64,000 nucleotides of DNA from Pseudomonadota bacterium (GCA_021802545.1 JAJZRS010000001.1:30822-94821); one strand, 5' to 3'. Positions 35,597-48,825 are shown, counted from the stretch's first letter. Program-made: numbers and translations. Notes: generated by a model not told the origin, from the sequence alone.

Positions 35597-36447
35597 GCCT
35601 TTTCCAATATCGTTTTCAATTTGGGGATTCTGTCGAGATCCCAGTTATTCATTGCCCAATTCCAGAAGGCTGGAATGTCTCCTTCGAGAAGCGCATCGGG
35701 CGGATCCTGCCCGAGAAAGTTCAGCGATCTGAAAAGCGTCCGGATTTCAGGACCGGCAGCTTCAGCCTGCGTCTGCTTGGAGAGCTTTTCTCCTTTCTCG
35801 TTGATTGCGACGGGAAGATGCGCATAAATGGGCATGTCGAACCCGAGAAGCCTCTGCAGGTGGATCTGCCGCGGCGTGGAGTCGAGCAGGTCAGCGCCGC
35901 GCACGACGCGCGTCACGCCCTGATCCCAGTCGTCGACGACGACGGCGAGCTGGTAGGCGAAAAAGCCGTCCGCCCTGAAAAGAACGAAATCGCCGACTTC
36001 CTTTTCGAGATTCTGCGCATATTCTCCCTGGATCAGGTCGACAAAGCTTGTCTTCTCGTCGTCCACCCTGACCCTGACCGATTTTGCTTCTCCCTTCGCC
36101 CCGTTCCTGCATGTTCCCCTGTAGATGCCTTCGATCTCGCGCCTCGAGCAGGAACAGGGATAGGCAAAGCCGCCGAGCGCTGCCATGGCCTCCCGGTAGA
36201 GATGCGTCCTTCTGCTCTGGTAGAGCACCTCCCCGTCCCATTCCATTCCGAGTTGCTCGAGCAGGTTCAGCATCCCTTCTGCAGCCCCGGAAACGGTTCT
36301 CGCCTCGTCGACATCCTCTATCCTGACGAGCCATTTTCCGCCGACCGACTTCGCGTCCAAGTAGCTCGCCACCGCGGCGAGGATGGACCCGAAATGAAGC
36401 GGGCCGGTTGGCGAAGGGGCGAAGCGCCCGACAGGTTTTGAATCCAT
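35593..36447 (-). CDS. gluQ: tRNA glutamyl-Q(34) synthetase
   Basis: [15 protein letters not shown]...VRIEDVD, a truncated GluRS-like catalytic domain of 284 aa. Confidence 0.85.
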   Translation of the reverse strand: MDSKPVGRFAPSPTGPLHFGSILAAVASYLDAKSVGGKWLVRIEDVDEARTVSGAAEGMLNLLEQLGMEWDGEVLYQSRRTHLYREAMAALGGFAYPCSCSRREIEGIYRGTCRNGAKGEAKSVRVRVDDEKTSFVDLIQGEYAQNLEKEVGDFVLFRADGFFAYQLAVVVDDWDQGVTRVVRGADLLDSTPRQIHLQRLLGFDMPIYAHLPVAINEKGEKLSKQTQAEAAGPEIRTLFRSLNFLGQDPPDALLEGDIPAFWNWAMNNWDLDRIPKLKTILEKA

Positions 36448-36527
36448 GGCTCGCTATTCTGCCACAGCTTGATTAGGGATGCCCGCTGTCCTATAAATGT
36501 ATCCTGGCACCTCACAAGGAGAGGGAA

Positions 36528-36875
36528 ATGCTGAACATCGAAAACATGCTGAAGGACGATCCGGAAGGCCGCCTTGCCGCGCTTCCCGAATGGTCGGAAG
36601 AAATCGCCGAAAAGATCGCTGAAATGGAGGGGGTCAGGCTCACCGAAGAGCATTGGGAGGTGGTGAATCTGCTCAGGAACCATTACAGGCTGCACGGGCA
36701 TGACCTGAGCGGCCCCAGGCTGCTCGGCGCGCTCGAGGAGCCTTTCGGCGCAAGGGGCGGAAAGAAGCATCTTTACGAGCTCTTTCCAGGCGGTCCCGTC
36801 AACCAGGGGTGCAGGATCGCTGGCGTTCCGCCTCCGCCTTACAGCGCCGATCTTTCATTCGGCAGCGTGTCATAA
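36528..36875 (+). CDS. TusE/DsrC-family protein lacking the usual penultimate Cys
   Basis: LPEWSEEIA...LTEEHWEVVNLLRNHY...KHLYELFPGGPVNQGCRIAGVPPPP, but the C-terminus reads YSADLSFGSVS instead of the ...TGCV-type end. Confidence 0.7.
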   Translation: MLNIENMLKDDPEGRLAALPEWSEEIAEKIAEMEGVRLTEEHWEVVNLLRNHYRLHGHDLSGPRLLGALEEPFGARGGKKHLYELFPGGPVNQGCRIAGVPPPPYSADLSFGSVS

Positions 36876-36878
36876 GGC

Positions 36879-37184
36879 TCAGTCTTCCCTGGGCAGGTTT
36901 TCAAGCCGGCGCCTGATCGCCTGAATGGCCTTGTCCATTTCGCGATACTTGCGGATCCCGATCCAGACGGTCACGAGCCCGCTCGGCAGGCAGGCGAAGC
37001 CCACGGCGGTAAACCATGCCTGGTGGGAGAAATGGATGATGGAGACCCCGGCGATGAAGAGCGCAATCCCCGAGCGCAAGTAGGAAAGCAGCGTCCTCTC
37101 GTTGGCGAGCAGCGTGCGGTCTATCGCAAGCTCGTCTCTCAGGATCAGTTCGGATGCCTGGAAGCGGGTATAGGGGTTGCTCAT
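36879..37184 (-). CDS. DUF202 (YidH-family) small membrane protein
   Basis: The start at MSNPYT overlaps the tatC stop (ATGA). The LANERTLLSYLRSGIAL motif and two TM helices are present. The longer listed ORF (to 37340) runs antisense-free through tatC and is discounted. Confidence 0.6.
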   Translation of the reverse strand: MSNPYTRFQASELILRDELAIDRTLLANERTLLSYLRSGIALFIAGVSIIHFSHQAWFTAVGFACLPSGLVTVWIGIRKYREMDKAIQAIRRRLENLPRED

Positions 37185-37906
37185 GCGTTGGGTTCTTCCT
37201 TGGGAACGAACCTGGCGAGGAAGATGCCGAGTTCGTAAAGCAGCCAGAGCGGAACGGCGAGCATCGTCTGGGAGACGACGTCGGGCGGCGTGAAAAGTGC
37301 GCCCAGGACGAAGGCGCTGACGATCATGTAGGGGCGCCATTCCTTGAGCTTGGCGATTTCGATGAATCCCATCCTGACCAGGATGATGACGATGATCGGG
37401 ACCTCGAAAGTGATGCCGAAAGCGAGGAACAGCGTGAGGACGAAGTCCAGGTATTTCCCGATGTCGGTCATCATCGACACCCCTTCAGGCGTCACCTTCG
37501 AAATGAAGCCGAATACGACGGGGAAGACGAAGAAGTAGGCGAAGCTCATGCCGCAGAAGAAAAGGAAGGTGCTGCCCACGATGAGCGGGGCGACCAGCTT
37601 CTTTTCGTGCGCGTAGAGGCCGGGCGCGATGAAGGCCCATAGCTGGTAAAGAGTATGGGGAAGGGTGACGAGGAAGGAAGCCATGATCGCGATCTTCATC
37701 GGCACGAGGAAAGGGGTGGTCACTTCGGTTGCGATCATGCTGCCGCCTTTGGGCAGATGGGCGAGCAGGGGATGCGCGAGGAAAGTGTAAAGGTTTCTCG
37801 CCCAGGGTGCGAGAAACAGGAAGACGATGATGATGGCGATGCCCGCCCGCAGAAGGCGGGTCCTGAGCTCGATCAGGTGGGAAATGATGCTTTCGGACGT
37901 GCTCAT
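37181..37906 (-). CDS. tatC: Twin-arginine translocase subunit TatC
   Basis: HLIELRTRLL...six TM helices...PPDVVSQ motif. Confidence 0.9.
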   Translation of the reverse strand: MSTSESIISHLIELRTRLLRAGIAIIIVFLFLAPWARNLYTFLAHPLLAHLPKGGSMIATEVTTPFLVPMKIAIMASFLVTLPHTLYQLWAFIAPGLYAHEKKLVAPLIVGSTFLFFCGMSFAYFFVFPVVFGFISKVTPEGVSMMTDIGKYLDFVLTLFLAFGITFEVPIIVIILVRMGFIEIAKLKEWRPYMIVSAFVLGALFTPPDVVSQTMLAVPLWLLYELGIFLARFVPKEEPNA

Positions 37907-38310
37907 TTTTCGTCGAAATCGATCTTGAGCTGTCTAGGGTCCTCTTCGGCGACGGGCTCGGTTTTCTCTGCGACGTGCTCAGTCTTGTCGGCGAGCGGTT
38001 TTTTCACTTCGTTCAGCTCGACATGCATGGTGTCTTCGGCTTCCTTGAACTTGCGCTCGTATTCCATGGCCTTGGTCTTCAGCTCGGCCTCGAGCTTCAT
38101 CGCCGATTCCCTGGCGTCTTCCTGCATTTTCTTGATTTCATCGAAATTGGCTTCGCGCTGCAGTTCGACCTTGATGTCGTTGACGTAGCGCTGGGCGCGT
38201 CCGACCATGACGCCGAAGGCGCGCGCCACCTTGGGCAGACGCTCCGGACCGACGACGACCAGCGCGACGATCCCGATCAGGAAAAGCTCAGAGAAGCTGA
38301 TGTCGAACAT
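37903..38310 (-). CDS. tatB: Twin-arginine translocase subunit TatB
   Basis: MFDISFSELFLIGIVALVVVGPERLPK. Confidence 0.85.
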   Translation of the reverse strand: MFDISFSELFLIGIVALVVVGPERLPKVARAFGVMVGRAQRYVNDIKVELQREANFDEIKKMQEDARESAMKLEAELKTKAMEYERKFKEAEDTMHVELNEVKKPLADKTEHVAEKTEPVAEEDPRQLKIDFDEK

Positions 38311-38313
38311 GGA

Positions 38314-38532
38314 TCAGGATTTTGTCTTTTCCTTCACTTCGCCTTCGATTGTCTGCCCCGTCGATGAAGATTCGATCTTCTTGTGCTCTTCGTCCGCGCC
38401 TGCCATGCCTTCCTTGAAGCCTTTCACTGCGCCACCGAGGTCGCTGCCGATATTCTTCAGTTTCTTCGTGCCGAATACCAGGAGGACGATCAGAAGAACG
38501 ATGAGCCAGTGCCAGATGCTTAATGAACCCAT
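38314..38532 (-). CDS. tatA: Twin-arginine translocase subunit TatA
   Basis: [35 protein letters not shown]. Confidence 0.9.
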   Translation of the reverse strand: MGSLSIWHWLIVLLIVLLVFGTKKLKNIGSDLGGAVKGFKEGMAGADEEHKKIESSSTGQTIEGEVKEKTKS

Positions 38533-38547
38533 ATAAAACTCCTTGAA

Positions 38548-38901
38548 TTAAATCCTGACGAGCATGGGAGGAAGCCTGTTCTGCCCGCCGATGACATGCA
38601 TGTGCAGATGCATCACTTCCTGCCCGCCTATTCTCCCCGTATTGATGATGGTGCGGAATCCGTCGGGGAGGCCGGATTCCAGAGCGAGTTTCGGGGCGAG
38701 CACCATCATTTTTCCCATGAGATCCCGGTGCGAATCGCCGACATGCGCCAGGGATTCGATGTGTTCCTTGGGGATCAGCATGAAATGGACAGGGGCCACG
38801 GGATGGATGTCGTGGATGGCGATGATGTCTTCGTCCTCATACAGGCGCTTGCCCGGGATTTCCCCTCTGATGATGCGGCAAAAGATGCAGTTCTCGCTCA
38901 T
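38548..38901 (-). CDS. HIT-family (histidine triad) nucleotide hydrolase
   Basis: CIFCRII...[14 protein letters not shown]...HLHMHVIGG. Confidence 0.85.
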   Translation of the reverse strand: MSENCIFCRIIRGEIPGKRLYEDEDIIAIHDIHPVAPVHFMLIPKEHIESLAHVGDSHRDLMGKMMVLAPKLALESGLPDGFRTIINTGRIGGQEVMHLHMHVIGGQNRLPPMLVRI

Positions 38902-39209
38902 TTTCTCCCCGCCTTCTCCTCGATTCCGGACAGGCCTTCCCTTCTTTCCAGTTCCGCATACACGTCCTCCGGCCTCAGGCCGTGCCAGGCGAGCATGACC
39001 AGGCTGTGGAACCAGAGATCGGCCGTTTCCTTCACGACATGCAGTTTATCACCGTCCTTGGAGGCGAGCAGCGTCTCGCCGGCTTCTTCTGCAATCTTTT
39101 TCAGTATGGCATCCTGCCCCTTGCCGAAGAGGGAAGCGACATAGGAGGACTTGGGATCCGAACCTTTCCTCGATTCGATGGTATCCGCAAGGCGTTCCAG
39201 TATGCTCAT
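38898..39209 (-). CDS. hisE: Phosphoribosyl-ATP pyrophosphatase
   Basis: SYVASLF.KG...[11 protein letters not shown]...KETADLWFH, with 4-nt overlaps in the his cluster. Confidence 0.85.
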   Translation of the reverse strand: MSILERLADTIESRKGSDPKSSYVASLFGKGQDAILKKIAEEAGETLLASKDGDKLHVVKETADLWFHSLVMLAWHGLRPEDVYAELERREGLSGIEEKAGRK

Positions 39210-39601
39210 GGTTTTCTTCCGTAGATTTCATCAGGCGCCCTGATCACTTCGTCGGTGACCACCCAATGGCCGTTCTCCAGCTTCTGGAAAAAACAGCTCT
39301 CCCTTCCGGTATGGCAGGCGATTCCTCCTTCCTGCTCGACCTTCAGGAGGAGCACGTCCTCGTCGCAGTCAAGGCGCATCTCGATGATCTTCTGGGTATG
39401 CCCGGATTCTTCGCCCTTCTTCCAGAGCTTTTTTCTGGACCGCGACCAGTAGACGGCGACCCCTGTTTTCACGGAAAGCTCGAGGGACTCGCGGTTCATC
39501 CAGGCCACCATCAGCACGCGGCCGGATTTCGCGTCCTGCGCGACCGCAGGGACCAGTCCTTCGTTGGACCAGTTGATCTTGTTCAGCCAGTTGTCGTTCA
39601 A
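39206..39601 (-). CDS. hisI: Phosphoribosyl-AMP cyclohydrolase
   Basis: GLVPAVAQD...[12 protein letters not shown]...YWSRSR..LW.KGE.SG..Q......DCD.D.LL..V...G.ACHTG..SCF. Confidence 0.9.
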   Translation of the reverse strand: MNDNWLNKINWSNEGLVPAVAQDAKSGRVLMVAWMNRESLELSVKTGVAVYWSRSRKKLWKKGEESGHTQKIIEMRLDCDEDVLLLKVEQEGGIACHTGRESCFFQKLENGHWVVTDEVIRAPDEIYGRKP

Positions 39602-40359
39602 AGCCTCACCTCGATTTGGCGGGTGGCCATGTATTCCTTCGCCTGCCGCACGGTGTATTCGCCGTAATGGAAGATGCTGGCTGCAAGCACCGCATCGGCA
39701 TGCCCTTCGAGCACCCCGTCCGCGAGATGAGCGAGATTCCCCACCCCTCCGCTTGCAATCAGCGGGATGTCGAGCGCATCGGACACTTTTCGCGTGAGCT
39801 CAAGGTCGAACCCGTTTTTCGTGCCGTCCCTGTCCATGCTGGTGAGCAGGATTTCTCCCGCGCCGAGCGACTGCATCCTGACAGCCCATTCTATCGCATC
39901 CAGACCGGTTTGCCTTCTTCCGCCATGGGTGAATACTTCCCATTTGTTCTCGCTAACCTTCTTCGCGTCGATGGCGACGACGATGCACTGGGAGCCGAAA
40001 CGGTTTGATGCCTCCGCGACGAGATCGGGGTTGCTGACCGCGGAAGTATTCATGCTGACCTTGTCCGCGCCGGCGTTCAGGAGACTGCGCACGTCTGCAA
40101 CCGCTCTCACGCCGCCGCCCACGGTGAGCGGTATGAATACCTGGGAGGCCACATCCTCGATGATCTTGAGGATGAGTCCGCGTTCGTCGGAACTCGCCGT
40201 GATGTCGAGGAAGGTGAGCTCGTCAGCCCCCTGCTCGTCGTAGCGTTTGGCGATCTCGACCGGGTCGCCCGCATCCCTCAGGCCAACGAAGTTGACGCCC
40301 TTGACGACCCTTCCCCCCGTCACGTCGAGGCAGGGGATGATCCTTTTGGAAAGTCCCAT
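39598..40359 (-). CDS. hisF: Imidazole glycerol phosphate synthase cyclase subunit
   Basis: [18 protein letters not shown]...[13 protein letters not shown]... Confidence 0.95.
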   Translation of the reverse strand: MGLSKRIIPCLDVTGGRVVKGVNFVGLRDAGDPVEIAKRYDEQGADELTFLDITASSDERGLILKIIEDVASQVFIPLTVGGGVRAVADVRSLLNAGADKVSMNTSAVSNPDLVAEASNRFGSQCIVVAIDAKKVSENKWEVFTHGGRRQTGLDAIEWAVRMQSLGAGEILLTSMDRDGTKNGFDLELTRKVSDALDIPLIASGGVGNLAHLADGVLEGHADAVLAASIFHYGEYTVRQAKEYMATRQIEVRL

Positions 40360-40360
40360 G

Positions 40361-41113
40361 CTAATCCAGATATTTCGGGGAAAGCGTGTCGGCGAGCGCC
40401 TGCGCTTCCCTGAAGTTCAGCGTGCCTTCGTAGATGGCGCGCCCCGTGATCGCGCCCATGATGCCTTCGGCCTCGATGCCGCACAATGCCCTGACGTCGT
40501 CCAGGTTGGTGACACCGCCGCTCGCGATCACCGGAATGGTGAGCTCGCGCGCAAGCTTCAATGTCGCTTCGATGTTGACCCCGGTGAGCATGCCGTCACG
40601 GCCGATGTCGGTATAGATGACGGCTTCCACCCCGTAATCCTGGAACCGTTTGGCGAGATCCACGACGTCGTGTCCCGTCACCTTGGACCAGCCGTTGACC
40701 GCAACCTTGCCTTCCTTCGCGTCGAGCCCGACCATGATGTGGCCAGGAAACGCGTTGCAGGCGTCATGCAGGAACCCGGGGGTCTTGACTGCTGCAGTGC
40801 CGATGATGATGTAGGACACACCGTCGTCGAGATAGCGCTCTATGGTTTCGAGGTCCCTGATGCCCCCGCCGAGCTGGACGGGAATTTCGTCCCCGACTGC
40901 TTCGATCACGGAGCGGATGGCCTCTTCGTTCTTGGGTTTGCCGGCGAATGCGCCGTTCAGATCGACGAGGTGAAGCCTTCTCGCGCCCTGGTCGAGCCAG
41001 TGCTTCGCCATGGTGGCCGGATCATCGGAAAAGACGGTGGCGTCTTCCATCAGTCCCTGTTTGAGGCGAACGCATTCGCCGTCCTTCAAATCGATAGCAG
41101 GAATAATCAACAT
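40361..41113 (-). CDS. hisA: ProFAR isomerase
   Basis: True start at [17 protein letters not shown]. The listed ORF extends 94 codons further upstream through hisH. Confidence 0.9.
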   Translation of the reverse strand: MLIIPAIDLKDGECVRLKQGLMEDATVFSDDPATMAKHWLDQGARRLHLVDLNGAFAGKPKNEEAIRSVIEAVGDEIPVQLGGGIRDLETIERYLDDGVSYIIIGTAAVKTPGFLHDACNAFPGHIMVGLDAKEGKVAVNGWSKVTGHDVVDLAKRFQDYGVEAVIYTDIGRDGMLTGVNIEATLKLARELTIPVIASGGVTNLDDVRALCGIEAEGIMGAITGRAIYEGTLNFREAQALADTLSPKYLD

Positions 41114-41775
41114 AGCCTGACCTGTTTTTCTCCACTCGAAAATTCGCCATTCCAGGCGGAGAAATTGCGCAAAAGGGCAAGCCCGGCATGCTGGCTTTTC
41201 TCCGGATGGAATTGTACGGCAAAAATATTGCGCTTCGCCACGGCGCTTGCGAATCGGAAGGGATAGCGGCTCGTGGCCGCAACAATGCTTTCGTCTTCCG
41301 GTTCGACGTAATAGCTGTGCACGAAATAAAACCTGCTTTGATCTTCTATCCCTTCCCAAAGGGGATGGGACATGCATTCTTCGACCTCGTTCCATCCGAT
41401 GTGCGGCACTTTCAGCTTTTCTCCGGATGTGTCGAACATCTGGTCAGCCGGAAAGCGCTTGACGCGTCCCCTCAGGATCCCGAGTCCGGCGACATTCCCT
41501 TCTTCGCTGAACTCGAACAGCATCTGCAGTCCGATGCAGATGCCGAGGAAAGGCTTGTCGCGCGCCGCCTGCAGGACCGCATCGCGCAATCCCCTGGCAT
41601 CGAGCTCGCGCATGCAGTCCGGCATCGCGCCTTGCCCGGGGAAGATCACCCGGTCGGCTTCCAGGATCTTGCCGGGGTCGCTCGTGACGAGCACTTTCGA
41701 ATTCGGCGAAACGTGCTCGACCGCCTTTTCCACTGAGCGCAGGTTGCCCATGCCGTAGTCGACGATGGCGATCAT
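41107..41775 (-). CDS. hisH: Imidazole glycerol phosphate synthase glutaminase subunit
   Basis: True start at [22 protein letters not shown] and HSYY motifs are present. The listed ORF is N-terminally over-extended. Confidence 0.9.
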   Translation of the reverse strand: MIAIVDYGMGNLRSVEKAVEHVSPNSKVLVTSDPGKILEADRVIFPGQGAMPDCMRELDARGLRDAVLQAARDKPFLGICIGLQMLFEFSEEGNVAGLGILRGRVKRFPADQMFDTSGEKLKVPHIGWNEVEECMSHPLWEGIEDQSRFYFVHSYYVEPEDESIVAATSRYPFRFASAVAKRNIFAVQFHPEKSQHAGLALLRNFSAWNGEFSSGEKQVRLC

Positions 41776-41776
41776 T

Positions 41777-42364
41777 TCAAAGGCAACCCTTGGTCGAAGG
41801 CGTCTCGCCGGCGATGCGCGCATCGATCTGGCAGGCCATTCTGAGCGCGCGCCCGAAAGCCTTGAAGATCGTTTCGCACTGGTGATGCGCGTTCTTTCCC
41901 TTGAGATTGTCGATGTGCACGGTGACGAGAGCATGGTTGACGAATCCCTGGAAGAATTCACCGACCAGTTCGACGTCGAATTCGCCCACATTGCTTCTGG
42001 TGAAATGCGCATCCATGGCAAGCCCCGGCCTGCCCGAGAGGTCGATCACGACCCGGGACAATGCTTCGTCCAGAGGAACATAGGCATGCCCATAGCGAGT
42101 GATTCCCTTCTTTTCGCCGAGCGCCCTGGAAAATGCCTGTCCCATGGTGATGCCGATGTCCTCCACCGTGTGATGTCCGTCGATATGCAGGTCGCCTTCC
42201 GCCTTGACATCAAGGTCGATGAGCCCATGCCTTGCGATCTGGTCGAGCATGTGGTCGAAAAAACCGATCCCTGTCGAGATGTTCGACTTGCCCATGCCGT
42301 CGAGGTTCATCCTGACCGTGATCCGGGTCTCGAGCGTGCTTCTTGTTATTTCGGCTTCCCGCAT
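41777..42364 (-). CDS. hisB: Imidazoleglycerol-phosphate dehydratase
   Basis: True start at [22 protein letters not shown] and DGHHTVED motifs are present. Confidence 0.9.
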   Translation of the reverse strand: MREAEITRSTLETRITVRMNLDGMGKSNISTGIGFFDHMLDQIARHGLIDLDVKAEGDLHIDGHHTVEDIGITMGQAFSRALGEKKGITRYGHAYVPLDEALSRVVIDLSGRPGLAMDAHFTRSNVGEFDVELVGEFFQGFVNHALVTVHIDNLKGKNAHHQCETIFKAFGRALRMACQIDARIAGETPSTKGCL

Positions 42365-42372
42365 GATCTTTC

Positions 42373-43677
42373 CTATTTTTTCTCGAAACGAAAGGCGGCC
42401 GATTGCGCATGCGCCTGGAGCCCTTCTCCCAGTGCGAGCGTCTTCGCCACCTTCCCCAATGTCGCTGCCCCCTTTTGGGAGACCATGATCAGGCTGCTGC
42501 GCTTCTGGAAGTCGTAGACGCCCAGGGGGGAAGAGAAGCGCGCTGTGCGGGAAGTGGGCAGCACATGGTTCGGGCCTGCGCAATAATCACCCAGCGATTC
42601 CGAAGTATAGCGTCCCATGAAGATTGCGCCTGCATGCCTGATGTGTTCGAGCAGGCCTTCCGGATTTTCAACGGAAAGCTCGAGATGTTCCGGTGCGATC
42701 CTGTTCGAGATTGCGCAGGCGTCCTGCAGGTCCTTCACCTTGATCAGCGCGCCGCGGCTCTTCAGGGAGGCTGCGATCACGTCCTTTCTCGGCATCTCCT
42801 GGAGGAGCCTGTTTATGCTTTTTTCGACTGCATCGAGATGAGCGTCGTCCGGGCAGAGCAGGATGGCTTGGGCGATCTCGTCGTGCTCGGCCTGGGAGAA
42901 CAAATCCATGGCGATCCAGTCCGGATCCGTTTTTCCGTCGGAGATCACCAGGATCTCGGAAGGGCCTGCGATCATGTCGATGCCGACCGTGCCGAAAACC
43001 CTGCGCTTGGCTTCGGCCACATAGGCGTTTCCGGGGCCGACGATCTTGTCGACCTTCGGCACCGTTTGCGTGCCATGGGCGAGCGCGGCGACAGCCTGGG
43101 CGCCGCCCACGCAGAAAACGCGGTCTACCCCGCACACCGCAGCCGCGGCAAGCACCAGTTCGTTTTTCTCCCCGCCGGGGGTGGGCACCACCATGACGAG
43201 CTCGGACACTCCGGCCACTTTGGCCGGAATCGCATTCATCAGGACCGAGGAAGGATAGGCGGCCTTTCCCCCCGGAACGTAAAGACCGACCCGGTCGAGC
43301 GGCGTGATCTTCTGCCCGAGCATGGTGCCGTCTTCTTCGACATGGCGCCATGATGACTGGAGCTGCTTCTCGTGGTAGATTTTTACCCTGTGAGCGGCGG
43401 CTTCGAGCGCTTCGCGCTGGGCCGATGGCAAGCCTTCGAGGGCTGATTTCAGCCGGGATGCGGGCAGGTCAAGGTCCTTCATCGAAGACGCGTCCAGCCT
43501 GTCGAAGCGGCGCGTGTAGTCGAGCAGCGCAGCATCACCCTGCGTCCTGACATTTTCGATGATTGAAGATACGGTTTCCTCGATTCTCGGATCGCGCACG
43601 GCCTCATAGGCGAGCAGGGTGTCGAGCCTCGATTCGAAATCGGGCGCGCTGGAATCTAAACGGGAAATGATGGACAT
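42373..43677 (-). CDS. hisD: Histidinol dehydrogenase
   Basis: 434 aa with [20 protein letters not shown] and SQAEHD blocks. Confidence 0.95.
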   Translation of the reverse strand: MSIISRLDSSAPDFESRLDTLLAYEAVRDPRIEETVSSIIENVRTQGDAALLDYTRRFDRLDASSMKDLDLPASRLKSALEGLPSAQREALEAAAHRVKIYHEKQLQSSWRHVEEDGTMLGQKITPLDRVGLYVPGGKAAYPSSVLMNAIPAKVAGVSELVMVVPTPGGEKNELVLAAAAVCGVDRVFCVGGAQAVAALAHGTQTVPKVDKIVGPGNAYVAEAKRRVFGTVGIDMIAGPSEILVISDGKTDPDWIAMDLFSQAEHDEIAQAILLCPDDAHLDAVEKSINRLLQEMPRKDVIAASLKSRGALIKVKDLQDACAISNRIAPEHLELSVENPEGLLEHIRHAGAIFMGRYTSESLGDYCAGPNHVLPTSRTARFSSPLGVYDFQKRSSLIMVSQKGAATLGKVAKTLALGEGLQAHAQSAAFRFEKK

Positions 43678-43697
43678 GTTCCGATTTTACACGAAAT

Positions 43698-45825
<2,128 letters not shown>

Positions 45826-45835
45826 GATATTTTCC

Positions 45836-46591
45836 TCAGTTGCGCAATTTATACCCGGATTTTAACAGGCCGAGCGTGAAGAGCGATACAGCAGCGAAGC
45901 AAATCGAGACGACGAGCAGGCTGAAATAGGGCGGGGCGTCGGATGCGCCGAAAAAGCCGTACCTGAAGCCGTCTATCAGGTAGAAGAAGGGATTCAGATG
46001 GGAGACCTGCTGCCAGAATGGAGGAAGGGAACGGATGGAATAGAAGACGCCCGACAGGAAGGTGAGCGGCAGGATGATGAAATTCTGGAAGCTTGCCAGC
46101 TGGTCGAATTTTTCAGCCCAGATCCCTGCAATGATGCCGGTCGCGCCGAGTATGAAGCTGCCGAGGATGCCGAAAACCAGCGCCCATAACGGATATTCGA
46201 GCGGCACGCGAATGGCCCAATGGGTGACGGCGAAGATGCCTATCCCGACCAGGATGCCGCGCACCGTCGATGCGAGCACATAGGCGAAAAAGATTTCGGG
46301 ATAGGAAACCGGAGAGAGCAGAAGGAAGATGATATTGCCCGTGATTTTCGACTGGATCAGGCTGGAAGAGCTGTTCGCAAAAGCATTCTGCAGAAGCGCC
46401 ATCATGGCGAGCCCGGGAATCAGGAAGGAAATGTAGGGTACGCCGGGGAGGGCTTGTACATGGCTGCCCAGCGCATGGGAAAAGATGAGCAGATAAAGCA
46501 GTGTGCTGAGCAGCGGCGAGAGGAGGGTCTGGAAACCCACCTTCCAGAAGCGCAACACTTCCTTGTAAAAGAGACTCGAAAACCCCTTCAT
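45836..46591 (-). CDS. ABC-2 type transporter permease
   Basis: True start at MKGFSSLFYKEVLRFWK, with six predicted TM segments. The listed ORF is over-extended. Confidence 0.7.
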   Translation of the reverse strand: MKGFSSLFYKEVLRFWKVGFQTLLSPLLSTLLYLLIFSHALGSHVQALPGVPYISFLIPGLAMMALLQNAFANSSSSLIQSKITGNIIFLLLSPVSYPEIFFAYVLASTVRGILVGIGIFAVTHWAIRVPLEYPLWALVFGILGSFILGATGIIAGIWAEKFDQLASFQNFIILPLTFLSGVFYSIRSLPPFWQQVSHLNPFFYLIDGFRYGFFGASDAPPYFSLLVVSICFAAVSLFTLGLLKSGYKLRN

Positions 46592-47487
46592 GCTTCGCTC
46601 ATGATTTCGACGAAAACTTCTTCGAGGTCGGGAGGGGGCAGGATCATGTCCGTGACTTCGGTTCCGAATTTTCTCAGCGCTTCGAGCAGGCTTTCGAGTT
46701 CCGAAAATTCGTCGAGTTTCAGCACGTGGTAGCCCGATTCCAGGCCAAGGCATCTGGATTTGAGCGCCTCTGGCATTTCATCGGGAGAGATCTGCAACTT
46801 GACGCGGCGCACCGAAAAGCCTTTGAGGAGATTTTCCGTCGTGTCCAGCGCGACGATATTTCCCGCCTTCAGCATGGCGATCCTGCTGCACAGGGATTGC
46901 GCCTCTTCCAGGTAATGGGTGGTGAGCACGATGGTATGCCCGGCTTCGTTGAGCGATCTCACGAATTCCCAGAGCGCCTGCCTCAATTCCACGTCCACGC
47001 CGGCCGTCGGCTCGTCGAGGATGATGACGGGCGGCTTGTGGACGAGCGCCTGGGCGACCAGAACGCGGCGCTTCATTCCGCCGGAGAGCGCCCTCATGTT
47101 GGTGTCGGCCTTGGCGGAAAGGTCGAGACGGGTCAGGATCTCGTCTATCCAGTCATCATTGTCCGATATTCCGAAATAGCCCGACTGGACTTCCAGCACT
47201 TCCCTGACCGTGAAGAAGGGATCGAAAACGAGTTCCTGGGGAACGACGCCGACTGAGCGCCTTGCATCCTTGTAGTTTCTCGATACGTCGAAGCCCATGA
47301 TGGAAAGCCTGCCGCTGTCGGGCTTGCAAAGCCCGGAGAGCAGGTTGATGAGCGTCGTTTTTCCGGCGCCGTTCGGGCCCAGGAGGGCGAAAAATTCCCC
47401 CTGTCCGACTTCGAGATCGACGCAGTTGACCGCTTTCAGGTCGCCGTATGCCTTGCAGGCCTGGCGGATTTCTATCGCAGGGGTCAT
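46588..47487 (-). CDS. ABC transporter ATP-binding protein (partner of the ABC-2 permease)
   Basis: Walker A is GPNGAGKTT, the signature is LSGGMKRR and Walker B is VIILDEPT. Confidence 0.85.
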   Translation of the reverse strand: MTPAIEIRQACKAYGDLKAVNCVDLEVGQGEFFALLGPNGAGKTTLINLLSGLCKPDSGRLSIMGFDVSRNYKDARRSVGVVPQELVFDPFFTVREVLEVQSGYFGISDNDDWIDEILTRLDLSAKADTNMRALSGGMKRRVLVAQALVHKPPVIILDEPTAGVDVELRQALWEFVRSLNEAGHTIVLTTHYLEEAQSLCSRIAMLKAGNIVALDTTENLLKGFSVRRVKLQISPDEMPEALKSRCLGLESGYHVLKLDEFSELESLLEALRKFGTEVTDMILPPPDLEEVFVEIMSEA

Positions 47488-47753
47488 TTTCCCGGAAACA
47501 GGCCGTTCAGGCCGTACAGTCTCGCCAGGCTCTCAAGATCGGGCTTGATGCCGGTAAAGACGAGATCCGGTTTCTTGCGCTTCCATTCGAGCATCATGCC
47601 GATCATGGACGAATCAGATTGATCGAGGCGCGAAAGATCGACCTCAAGGGCGCCGGAAGCGATTTCGGCAAGCCCCTGCGCGAGGATCCTCTTCACGTTG
47701 TCGACCGTGACCGAGCCCTCCACGCGCAGCCGGCTGCCTTCCCGGGTGATCAT
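47484..47753 (-). CDS. mlaB: STAS-domain protein, MlaB-like
   Basis: 89 aa, last gene of the mla string, with overlapping stops and starts on both sides. The assignment rests on size, position and loose STAS-like sequence. Confidence 0.55.
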   Translation of the reverse strand: MITREGSRLRVEGSVTVDNVKRILAQGLAEIASGALEVDLSRLDQSDSSMIGMMLEWKRKKPDLVFTGIKPDLESLARLYGLNGLFPGK

Positions 47754-48346
47754 TGTTTCGCTTCGAGGGTCTTGTTCTTGTCGACGAGCAGCTTGATGAG
47801 GCCGTCTATGCCCGAATTGCTGATCTCTGTCTGGAAGGTGCTGCGGTAATTCGTGACGAGGCTGACTCCCTCCACCGCAACGTCGAAGATCATCCATCCC
47901 TTGGGCGTTTTCTCCATCCTGTAGTCGATGGAAATGGGGGGCTTGCCGCTCTGGATGATGCGGCTGTGCACCATGACCTGGTTCGCATCCGGGGCGGCCG
48001 ACAAGGGTTGCACTTCGATGGGTTCGTTCCGGTAGGATTCGAGCGCGCTGGAGTAGGTGTTCATCAGCAGGGTGTGGAATTCCTGCGTCAGGCTCTGCTG
48101 CTGACCCGGCGTTGCATCGCGCCATGGCCGGCCGACAGCGAGCTTCGTCATCCTGATGAAGTCGAAATGGGGCATGATCTTGGCGTCCACCGCCTCGGCC
48201 AGCGCCTTCTTGTCCGAGTGCTTGGATTTTTCCTGCTTGATGATGGCGGCCACTTCCTGGGCCAGGTCCTTGATCAGCGCGTCAGGGGCCATTTCCGCAT
48301 GCGCAATCATCGGGACGAGGAGCAGCAATGTCAAAAGTTTTTTCAT
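47750..48346 (-). CDS. mlaC: Phospholipid-binding periplasmic protein MlaC (Ttg2D family)
   Basis: Signal peptide, with size and position between mlaD and mlaB. Confidence 0.75.
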   Translation of the reverse strand: MKKLLTLLLLVPMIAHAEMAPDALIKDLAQEVAAIIKQEKSKHSDKKALAEAVDAKIMPHFDFIRMTKLAVGRPWRDATPGQQQSLTQEFHTLLMNTYSSALESYRNEPIEVQPLSAAPDANQVMVHSRIIQSGKPPISIDYRMEKTPKGWMIFDVAVEGVSLVTNYRSTFQTEISNSGIDGLIKLLVDKNKTLEAKQ

Positions 48347-48356
48347 GTTTTCCTTC

Positions 48357-48821
48357 CTACTTGTGATTTCCTGAGCCTGCCTTGTTGAAAATGAACTGCC
48401 CGATCAGCTTCTCGAGCACCACGGCCGACTGGGTGATGGTGATGGTGTCTCCCGCTTTCAGCATTTCATCGTCAGCGCCCGTGTCGAGACCGATGTATTG
48501 TTCGCCCAAAAGACCCGAAGTCAGGATCGAGGCGGTCGTGTCCTTGGAGAACTGGTAGCGCTTGTCGATGTTGAGCGTGACCTTGGCCTTGTACTTGTTG
48601 GTGTCGAGAGCGATCGAGCCGACCCTGCCGACCACGACGCCTGCGCTCTTGATCGGAGCGCGCGTCTTCAGGCCGCCGATGTTGTCGAAATAGGCGTAGA
48701 CCTGATACGTGCTTGAGCCGTTCAAGCTGAAGTTTCCCACCTTCAGCGCGAGCACCAGCATCGCGCCGATGCCGGCCGCGATGAAAAGGCCGACCCATAA
48801 ATCCAGTGTTGTGCGTTCCAT
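48357..48821 (-). CDS. mlaD: MCE-domain protein MlaD
   Basis: N-terminal TM anchor plus an MCE-like block (APIKSAGVVVGRVGSI). Confidence 0.8.
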   Translation of the reverse strand: MERTTLDLWVGLFIAAGIGAMLVLALKVGNFSLNGSSTYQVYAYFDNIGGLKTRAPIKSAGVVVGRVGSIALDTNKYKAKVTLNIDKRYQFSKDTTASILTSGLLGEQYIGLDTGADDEMLKAGDTITITQSAVVLEKLIGQFIFNKAGSGNHK

Positions 48822-48825
48822 TGAA

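Noticed and set aside
42364-42373. Absence of hisC between hisD and hisB as a possible deletion
   Set aside because: The hisD-hisB junction is a clean 8-nt gap with no remnant. hisC is unlinked from the his cluster in many bacteria. Absence from one window is not evidence of loss.
40361-42583. Long N-terminal extensions of the hisA, hisH and hisB ORFs as listed
   Set aside because: Each extension runs through the upstream his gene in another frame. The conserved N-termini ([37 protein letters not shown]) define the real starts. The same trimming was applied to murA, the ABC-2 permease, mlaB, the DUF202 protein, the GspE/GspF-like genes and others.
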